Below, in pieces: positions 56,411 to 63,245 of a stretch of DNA of 63,245 nt (position 1 is the stretch's first letter; every line of letters starts with the position of its first letter). The stretch lies in assembly GCA_003599425.1 (NCBI GenBank), contig QZKC01000094.1:1-63245 (forward strand), given 5' to 3'. The DNA is from Nitrospiraceae bacterium (GTDB lineage Bacteria; Nitrospirota; Thermodesulfovibrionia; UBA6902). The notes under the pieces are model-generated. The model was not told the DNA's origin, did no database searches, and worked only from the letters and a program-made list of their open reading frames with translations. A program made the position numbers and the translations under genes.

Positions 56411-58118
56411 ATGAATCCAGGTTTTCAGGATACATTATTATTTCAGCATCCTGTCTCAGTTTGTCCGTATAGCCGCTGAGGAGCTCATTGAACTTCTTCC
56501 GGAACAGTATCGCCTGGATTGAAGATTTTACTTTACTGAAATCCTCAGGCTCTCTCCTGCTCTTTTCCTGAAGCATGATGATCTTGTAAAACTCAGCGTC
56601 TTCAATTATGGAGCTTATATCGCCGGGATTCATTGAGTCAATAATTTCCTGTAACGGCCTCGGAAGACCCGATTTCATTGACCATCCAGCATCCCCTCCC
56701 TGCAGGGCATAAGAATCAGCAGATCTTGTTTTTGCAAGCCATGAGAAACTCGCGCCGCCCTTCAGGCTGCTCTCAATATCTTGGGCTTCCTCCCTTGTCT
56801 TTAAGGTGATCTGCTGGATTTTATACGTATAAGGCTTTAAGAACTCATCCTGATGATCTGTATAATACGTATTTAAATCTTCATCAGATATTATTATCTT
56901 CGGGACGAGTACAGTAGTAAAGAATGTATTTTTAAGGATCTGCTCCTTATATCGCCTCGCCATATCTTTCAGATCAGATGTTGCGGTATATTGGCGCCTC
57001 AGAGCTTCAATATCAACCAGCTTTTTATCAAGCCAATGGTTCAAAACCGCTTCTTTATTGCGGCTTGTACCGGAAAGCATGGCAGTAAAAGCACCTGCGG
57101 TGAGAACCGTATCTTCAACCTCTACCAATGGCCTCTCATCCTTTAGCCATGTTTCCCTTGCTTCATTCTTTCCGTCAAATACAATAGCAGACAAGATATC
57201 ATCATGTACCATTGGTTTGATCGATCCACGGAGAGACCTGAGATATTCAGCACTACGCTCTTTTATCATCTGCTGTTTGGCCTCATGCGTGATCTTTTCC
57301 CTGATCTTTTCCAGGTCCTCAACGGGGGCCTCCTGCCGGCTGATCAATTTCAGGATGTAATATTTATTGCCGTTTTCGATAACACCGCTGAACTCTCCTT
57401 CTTTGAGAGAGGCAACAGACTCATCAAATTTTGTTCCGAGGGAGTTCCTTGTCATGACAATTTCAGTTTGATCTTTCAGGACATGAGGGGTATGTCCCTT
57501 TGCCATGTCGCTGAAATTGCTCCCGCTTCGCAGTTGTTCAAGGATCTTTTCTGCTTCCTCGCTGGTATTTGCCTCGATAACGGAAAGAGTAAGCCGCTCA
57601 TAGTTCTTCCTGTAATATCCTCTGATATCTTCTTCATCTACAGATACTTTATGCAGGATCTCCTCATCGTAGAGCCTTGTTACCGACTCCCTGAGAATAT
57701 ACGCCTCTGTTTTCTGCCTCACTTCTGGAAATTCTTCCATATTCATGTGCTTCGCTTCCTGCACGATCAGTTTGTCGTCTATGAGTTTTTGCAGATAGTC
57801 ATGTAAGTTAAGAGACTGGGCGGATGACATGTCCTCCCTCCTGTGCGATATCTCAAGTGAATACACGTAGTCTCCTGTCGTGACAGGTTCACCATCAACA
57901 AGCACGAGAATATCGCTTTTGTGAGGCAATGACGCGCATCCAAATAAAAACAAAACAAAAAGCAGGGGATACAGGAGAAAAAAAAGAGGATTTACGGAGT
58001 TATAAAGCAGTCGCGACATGGCGATTACACTGTTTTGTATCTTCGCCGACAGCAGCTTGACTGCCTTTATGTTGAACACTCTGAATGCTAAATTTATTGT
58101 TTGCTCGGTCATTCTCAC
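56379..58118 (-). CDS. SurA/PpiC-type peptidyl-prolyl isomerase lipoprotein with two parvulin-like domains
   Basis: Lipobox LFGC; GSNFSDMAK and GASFSWLAKTRSADSYALQGGDAGW; true start possibly ATG 58019. Confidence 0.85.
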   Translation of the reverse strand: MRMTEQTINLAFRVFNIKAVKLLSAKIQNSVIAMSRLLYNSVNPLFFLLYPLLFVLFLFGCASLPHKSDILVLVDGEPVTTGDYVYSLEISHRREDMSSAQSLNLHDYLQKLIDDKLIVQEAKHMNMEEFPEVRQKTEAYILRESVTRLYDEEILHKVSVDEEDIRGYYRKNYERLTLSVIEANTSEEAEKILEQLRSGSNFSDMAKGHTPHVLKDQTEIVMTRNSLGTKFDESVASLKEGEFSGVIENGNKYYILKLISRQEAPVEDLEKIREKITHEAKQQMIKERSAEYLRSLRGSIKPMVHDDILSAIVFDGKNEARETWLKDERPLVEVEDTVLTAGAFTAMLSGTSRNKEAVLNHWLDKKLVDIEALRRQYTATSDLKDMARRYKEQILKNTFFTTVLVPKIIISDEDLNTYYTDHQDEFLKPYTYKIQQITLKTREEAQDIESSLKGGASFSWLAKTRSADSYALQGGDAGWSMKSGLPRPLQEIIDSMNPGDISSIIEDAEFYKIIMLQEKSRREPEDFSKVKSSIQAILFRKKFNELLSGYTDKLRQDAEIIMYPENLDSFEKGFKGGKN

Positions 58119-58178
58119 TGCTCATGTGTATCGTGAAAAGAGCCTCTCTGCGGTGATCAGACGAGTTTTTCTGCCCCG

Positions 58179-59252
58179 TTATTGTGACAGTGCTTTCTTC
58201 ATCTGTTTCACCATTGATGAGACGACGTTATAGGCAACCCTGTCAGCTGGCTCTTTCTCTCCCCATTCAAAGGCAATGACATTCTTTTCGCTGTTTAATC
58301 GAGACGTATTATACCACAGTATTTTGTTATTACGGGCATCCAGCAGCCTTGCAGTCATTGATATTACCGATGCAGTTGAGGTATCGGATCCTGAGGGATA
58401 GCTCTCTACAGTGCCGAGGAGTACCGTGTCCGCGTCCAGTTCTTTTGATAACTCCTCCATCCTTTTGTAATCAAGTTCCCCGTTGCTCCTCACTTGCAGT
58501 TCAACTAGCATTTTTCTGACATCCCCGAATTCGATAGGCTCAAAAGGGGCCTGTTTCAGAAGTTCTACCAGGAACATATACATCGCAACCATGCCGGCCC
58601 CGTCAAATCTGCTTTTGTTCTGAAAAGGGATAACGGCCACTCGATATGTTGTCTCCTTTTCCCTCTTCGCAGGTGAAACGTGAAAAGACTCCAGAAGCCT
58701 ATCAAGCGCTCCTGGAACAAGTTTCTCCACTTCCCTGGTCCTGCCCAATCCCAGGATTGAGGTAACATCTGCACCGCTGACAAAGGCATAATCCGCCCAG
58801 ACAATAAGGCCGGTAGTTGTGTCAATAAGCCGTGCTACGAGGCCTACATGCGGGTCATCTCCTGAAAAAAATGAAATTATCGAACCTGTAAGAATGCTCT
58901 GCACCTGAAATTCCTCATACAGTTTACGGGCCGTTTCTCCCGATACATACCCTGCAAGCCTCGACCTCTCCTTGCAAAGGAACTCACTGACTGCATCCTC
59001 ATCCATTACCTCAAACCCTCTTGTCTGCAGTTCTGCCTTTAACGCGGGAATAAGCTTTTCCCCGGCTCTCTTGTCAACGCTGAAGTTATCGAAAACAAGG
59101 ATAGCAATCTTTCCGCCTGTGCTTTGGAGCGGGCTCTCAACGAGGGGGGTATCTGTTTCCGCTGCTGTGACAAAAGGAAACCCTGTAAGCAGCAAAGCAG
59201 TTGATGCAATAAGGATTATAATTATCGTACAGTTCTTAGCAAACATTTTCAT
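58179..59252 (-). CDS. Protein with two tandem CsgG/LpoB-like domains
   Basis: KIAILVFDNFS...GSI...ARLIDTTTG.IVW and RVAVIPFQNKS...LGTV...ARLLDARNNKILW. Confidence 0.7.
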   Translation of the reverse strand: MKMFAKNCTIIIILIASTALLLTGFPFVTAAETDTPLVESPLQSTGGKIAILVFDNFSVDKRAGEKLIPALKAELQTRGFEVMDEDAVSEFLCKERSRLAGYVSGETARKLYEEFQVQSILTGSIISFFSGDDPHVGLVARLIDTTTGLIVWADYAFVSGADVTSILGLGRTREVEKLVPGALDRLLESFHVSPAKREKETTYRVAVIPFQNKSRFDGAGMVAMYMFLVELLKQAPFEPIEFGDVRKMLVELQVRSNGELDYKRMEELSKELDADTVLLGTVESYPSGSDTSTASVISMTARLLDARNNKILWYNTSRLNSEKNVIAFEWGEKEPADRVAYNVVSSMVKQMKKALSQ

Positions 59253-59290
59253 ACTGTTACTCCCGGCGCCCGTACAAATTTTCCAGATTT

Positions 59291-59872
59291 TTACTGTCTT
59301 TTGAGCGTCTGTACCATTCCCCGTATCAAAACCATAACCGTCTCGCTCATGGTTTCCGATTTTGCGCCAAAATGTCGAGCCATAAAGTCAGCACCTCCGC
59401 GCGTTCCGGTCATGGACCAGACAATATTGCCTGACCCCGTGTCCGCCATCATCAAGGTAATGGTCGCCTCAGGAGCAGAGACATTCCCTATACGGGTCTC
59501 CCCGTACTTTTCGACAGCCCCAATAATAAGCCCCTCAACCTGTAGCGACTTGCCGATGGCCTGTATCTGCTTTTCATTTAAAGATGAAATGTTCTTTATA
59601 TCAAGGTCATTCAGCGCCGTCATAACCTCCCCGGGGACAATAACATCAACCAGCCCTGAAGCAAGCAATTCACTGGTGACTATCTGCCTAACGATGTCTG
59701 CCGCCGCCCTTTCAGGGGTCAGATTGTCTAAAGGCATAACCGCAACCTTTTTGAAATAACTGAAATCAATGTCTTCACGTATATGGTAAACAGGGGCGCT
59801 GCTGCGACAGCCCGAAACAATCACTACAACGAACAACATAAGGGTCAATATACATTTCTTCATCATATTCAT
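59291..59872 (-). CDS. CsgG/HfaB/GNA1162-like lipoprotein
   Basis: Lipobox VSGC; KVAVMPLDNL, VEGLIIGAV, DTGSGNIVWS. Confidence 0.7.
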   Translation of the reverse strand: MNMMKKCILTLMLFVVVIVSGCRSSAPVYHIREDIDFSYFKKVAVMPLDNLTPERAAADIVRQIVTSELLASGLVDVIVPGEVMTALNDLDIKNISSLNEKQIQAIGKSLQVEGLIIGAVEKYGETRIGNVSAPEATITLMMADTGSGNIVWSMTGTRGGADFMARHFGAKSETMSETVMVLIRGMVQTLKRQ

Positions 59873-59883
59873 AACGCTTCTCC

Positions 59884-60504
59884 TTAAAATAAATTATCGA
59901 ATGCCTCTTTTATGACATTCCTGGAAACTTCGCCCAGCGTAGCAATTTCTGCCCCGAAATGTCTTGTCCAGAATCCCGGACCTCCGCTCGTATGCCATGT
60001 TGACCAGAGTACCTTGCCAGTTGCCGATTCATACAGCGTGAGATAAACCGACACCTCGGGATAGGAAACCGATATCCCCCTGCTTATTTGATATACACTA
60101 ACTGAGCCGCCCATAATCCCATCTACCTTCAAGGCTTCACCTATCTCCTGAATGTCCGATGGCGTCAATGCTTTCAGGGAACTGACCCTCATCTCCTGCA
60201 GCACCCTCCCGACCTCTCCAGGTTCTGTAACATCTATCCCACGTGACAGGAGTTCGATGCCTGTAATGCTGCCTATCTTTTCATCAGCATATCCATCGGT
60301 AGTGTAGTTTTCAAAGGGAAGAACTGCAATACTCTTAATGTGTTTTACATCAGTGTGGGGACGGCTATAGTGTTTTACTCCGCCGCTGCATCCACAGATA
60401 AAAACCAGACATACATAAAAGAGCAGTTTTCTTTTATCCCTCAGCATCATTTTTAGTTCTAATCTCCCGAAACTGTTCTGAAAATCCCGTTTATTATAAG
60501 GCAC
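59884..60504 (-). CDS. CsgG/HfaB/GNA1162-like lipoprotein
   Basis: Lipobox-like ICGC; SIAVLPFENY, VDGIMGGSV, ESATGKVLWS; paralog of the neighbouring gene. Confidence 0.7.
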   Translation of the reverse strand: MPYNKRDFQNSFGRLELKMMLRDKRKLLFYVCLVFICGCSGGVKHYSRPHTDVKHIKSIAVLPFENYTTDGYADEKIGSITGIELLSRGIDVTEPGEVGRVLQEMRVSSLKALTPSDIQEIGEALKVDGIMGGSVSVYQISRGISVSYPEVSVYLTLYESATGKVLWSTWHTSGGPGFWTRHFGAEIATLGEVSRNVIKEAFDNLF

Positions 60505-60508
60505 CTCA

Positions 60509-62773
60509 TCAGAATCTGCAATTTATATTTGCGGTTACGTTATAGCTTTCGGTTTTATTTTCTTCGCTTGTAACTGTATATCCTGAGGAGAGCCTTAGAT
60601 CGGCAAACTTTGTTATATACCAGATCCCGAAACCATTGATCGTGTCTGTTGTTGTCGGCACCGGGTCAGCTTTGCTGTGCTGGTATCCAAGGTTCAGCCT
60701 TATGGCCGGCAACGGAAGCCAGTCTGCTGTTATTCCTTCGGAAATGGTACTGTCGCCGTCTGCGTCAGTAAAATTAAAGTTGCCCGACAGATTGATAAAC
60801 TGTCCCGGCTGATAGTTGACGATCAGAAGTACATTCTTTGAATCAATAGAATCCTCTTCCGATAATGTATTGGTTATGCCGTAATTCAGATTCCCCGTAA
60901 TGGTGCGGGTGATCCGGGCATTGACCGTCCCGTTTATGAAACTGGTTTTTGATGATGACGTGTTAGATAAAAAGGATTCCGTTTCGGTATATCCGATATC
61001 ATTGATCATGTTGATATACCGGTACAGTTGCGCTCCGATGCTTAACAGATATGAATTACTGACAGAGTCTTTTTCATTAAAATTATATCGTTCGCTCCTG
61101 ATGAGCGAAAGGTTTGTATCAAGCGTCGAAAGGGGGTTAGAATGAAAAGACAGGGAATAAGTATCCAAATACGTATCTATATCATTCTGATTGTCAAAGT
61201 TCTCATTTTTCTGAAACCGTGCCGTTGTGGTAAGCAGCCTGTGCGTCTGCCATATGGCTCCTATGCCAACGTCCCTTGTAATGTTGCTCCTGAAACCAGA
61301 CCCGCCATCCTCTATGGCCTTATCAAAGATGTTTGTAAGTAAACCGCTGAGGGAGCTGAGATAGGACTCCTGGTTCTGATCCCTCCTTTCCACAGAATAA
61401 TCCAGCGTCAGGGTAAGTTTCTCATGAGGATTGGCACCGGCATTGAAGTTCAGCCTCTGGTTGAAGGACCTGAATACATCACTATCCTCACTGTCCGTTA
61501 TGTTGTCCGTGCCGTATGCCTCAATTTCCGTAACAAAAACGTTGGGATTGAGAATGCCGGAAGTCACGAGATTAACCGCCTTAAAGAATGAAGCATTATG
61601 GGGAGAGGAGAACTCTATTTCGAAACGGTATATATTGTTCAGTGCGTCAAATACGATAACCTTAACATCACTGATCGCTATTTGTGTCCAGGTGCCGCCC
61701 TGATTGAAGTCGCTTTTGTAAATATTCCATTGTGCGGGGTTATCAAGTATGTCGTTGAATACATTCGTGGTACTGCTAACATAAATGAACAGCCTGTCCA
61801 CAGGTCTTTGTGAGGATACTGATACCCCAATGTTATGGAGTTTATTGTTCGGATTTGAACTGCCGAGATCGATACCTGTGCTCACATCGAAAATTTCGTT
61901 TGTTAAAACCCCATTGGAAGTTAAAATACCAATATCGGTCGTTACCCCATCGTGCGCATATAGTCCGGTCGCGGACCTCTTAAGGATTACCGTACCTGTC
62001 TGAGATGCAAATTGCCGCGTTTTCCCCCGTGAAAAATTACCCTGATAACCCACAAAATAACGGGATCTCATGAAGCGGAATGAATCTGAATAACCGACAT
62101 TGTACGTACCTGAAAAATTCTCGCTGATCGTCTTTTCAATAGCTGTAAGCGGGGTCCTGTCAGTTGCATGAGTATAGTTCAAGTGAAATCTGAGATCCAC
62201 AGCCTGTGAAGGCATCACATAGGTTGAGCTGACGGTATAGGTATCATTTGTATGGTCAATGTCATCGACTGAATCATGGTCGTAATCCTTTTGTTTGTCA
62301 TAATAAACTGAAAGAGACGGCAAGGAAACCGGATTCAGGTTAAAGCGTGAAAAGTAAAATTCTGATGTTTCTCTGCCTTCATCAGACAGGCGTGCTGTTG
62401 TCCAATCCTCTTCTCTCCTGTATCCAACGTTGAAGTCGTAGATAGAGTTGCGAAGAAAGAATGTAATGCCCGGCTCCAGGAGCCTCCGATTTGATTCTGT
62501 TGTAACGCTGGATTGACCGCTTGAACTGGAATCTATAAGATTTGCCCTCAAGTTAAACTGATATGACAGAAGCGGCGTAAGGTATTGCTCCATGTTCAGA
62601 TAATAATTCTGGTTGAGGGTGTCGCTGGATGATATCTTTTCTCCGTCCTGAACTACCCATGAATTATTATTGGATATATTTATCAGCCCGTTAATACCTT
62701 CAGAACAGGCAAGAGAGCGGCTTAGAATAAGCGCTATAGACATAACTGCAATTTTCCATGCCTTATGCCTCAT
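60509..62773 (-). CDS. Outer-membrane beta-barrel protein with an inserted globular domain
   Basis: Signal peptide, many amphipathic beta-strands, C-terminal YNVTANINCRF ending in Phe. Confidence 0.75.
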   Translation of the reverse strand: MRHKAWKIAVMSIALILSRSLACSEGINGLINISNNNSWVVQDGEKISSSDTLNQNYYLNMEQYLTPLLSYQFNLRANLIDSSSSGQSSVTTESNRRLLEPGITFFLRNSIYDFNVGYRREEDWTTARLSDEGRETSEFYFSRFNLNPVSLPSLSVYYDKQKDYDHDSVDDIDHTNDTYTVSSTYVMPSQAVDLRFHLNYTHATDRTPLTAIEKTISENFSGTYNVGYSDSFRFMRSRYFVGYQGNFSRGKTRQFASQTGTVILKRSATGLYAHDGVTTDIGILTSNGVLTNEIFDVSTGIDLGSSNPNNKLHNIGVSVSSQRPVDRLFIYVSSTTNVFNDILDNPAQWNIYKSDFNQGGTWTQIAISDVKVIVFDALNNIYRFEIEFSSPHNASFFKAVNLVTSGILNPNVFVTEIEAYGTDNITDSEDSDVFRSFNQRLNFNAGANPHEKLTLTLDYSVERRDQNQESYLSSLSGLLTNIFDKAIEDGGSGFRSNITRDVGIGAIWQTHRLLTTTARFQKNENFDNQNDIDTYLDTYSLSFHSNPLSTLDTNLSLIRSERYNFNEKDSVSNSYLLSIGAQLYRYINMINDIGYTETESFLSNTSSSKTSFINGTVNARITRTITGNLNYGITNTLSEEDSIDSKNVLLIVNYQPGQFINLSGNFNFTDADGDSTISEGITADWLPLPAIRLNLGYQHSKADPVPTTTDTINGFGIWYITKFADLRLSSGYTVTSEENKTESYNVTANINCRF

Positions 62774-62879
62774 GTATCCTCAAACGTTCCGTGTCCATGC
62801 TTGCCTGAAATTCTCATTTCTATGTTTCAGCCAGTACCTTAATGAAGAAAACACCGTTGTCGCGTCTGTTTAAGTAACG

Positions 62880-63245
62880 TTATTTCGGGAATACCGCGAT
62901 CCCGTAGGGTCTGTTGCCTACCGGTATAACCATTTCTTCTTTCCTTGCGGTCTTATCAACTACAGAAACACTGTTTGACCCCCTGTTGACCACATAAAGC
63001 TTTATTTCCTCAGGGTCAAGAATAAAAGAACGGGGAGCATCTCCTACCGCAACCACCCCCATGACCGGCGGAGTTACCGTTTTCAAAGCAGCGGAACCTT
63101 CTGTAAACGGCCGTACGATCATGATCTCACCTGGTCTTTCTTTTAAAAGGTAAAGCCTGTCAAACACAGGATCAGAAATGACACCTGTTATGGAGGTCCC
63201 GACATTGTTGATAGCGCTAACCGCATTCTCATCCTCTCCTTTTAT
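62880..63245 (-). CDS. YVTN/YncE-type beta-propeller protein, C-terminal part (runs off the window)
   Basis: Frame open to the window edge; VAVGDAP..., LYVVNRGSNSVSVVD, IPVGNRPYGIA. Confidence 0.85.
   Translation of the reverse strand: MKGEDENAVSAINNVGTSITGVISDPVFDRLYLLKERPGEIMIVRPFTEGSAALKTVTPPVMGVVAVGDAPRSFILDPEEIKLYVVNRGSNSVSVVDKTARKEEMVIPVGNRPYGIAVFPK

Noticed and set aside
152-63003. Numerous 60-260 aa antisense or alternate-frame ORFs in the track (e.g. 12086..12880, 28918..29403)
   Set aside because: All overlap well-supported genes and show no motifs; treated as shadow ORFs
1-63245. CRISPR array, tRNA/rRNA, prophage
   Set aside because: No regularly spaced 25-45 bp repeats, RNA-gene signatures or phage genes seen; the repeats found are coding duplications or 7-8 nt micro-arrays

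Overview
63 kb bacterial window; no rRNA, tRNA or CRISPR seen. The taxon cannot be read from the sequence; moderate GC by eye and the gene content suggest an anaerobic Gram-negative, possibly Nitrospirota or Desulfobacterota (inference). (1) 0.2-7.3 kb: class IV aminotransferase, WbaP, a rubredoxin missing from the ORF track, ferritin-like protein, parvulin PPIase, WecA/MraY-type transferase and an MNT-HEPN toxin-antitoxin pair with a frameshift in each gene. (2) 7.6-33.5 kb: a Wzx/Wzy glycan locus rich in tailoring enzymes (AsnB-type amidotransferase, four methyltransferases, carbamoyltransferase, radical SAM/SPASM, GT2-DUF362 fusion). It contains an intact IS256-family element and ends in Wzz plus an O-antigen-ligase-like gene broken at an A10/T10 tract. 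(3) 34.5-63.2 kb: a large extracellular-electron-transfer island, mostly on the minus strand. It encodes a beta-propeller, an outer-membrane beta-barrel, three CsgG-like proteins, a PPIase, 26- and 16-heme cytochromes, an OmcS-like cytochrome with atypical heme motifs, 8-heme and 1-heme cytochromes, an NHL/BACON/FG-GAP protein, a 30-heme CxxxxCH/CxxCH cytochrome and an 11-heme adhesin-like cytochrome. It ends in an unannotated 20-aa peptide gene with a perfect RBS and its own terminator. Best leads: an OmcS-type nanowire assembly/export locus, apparently outside Geobacter, and the 20-aa peptide as a possible RiPP or cofactor precursor. All family assignments are by motif reading and recall; no database search was run.
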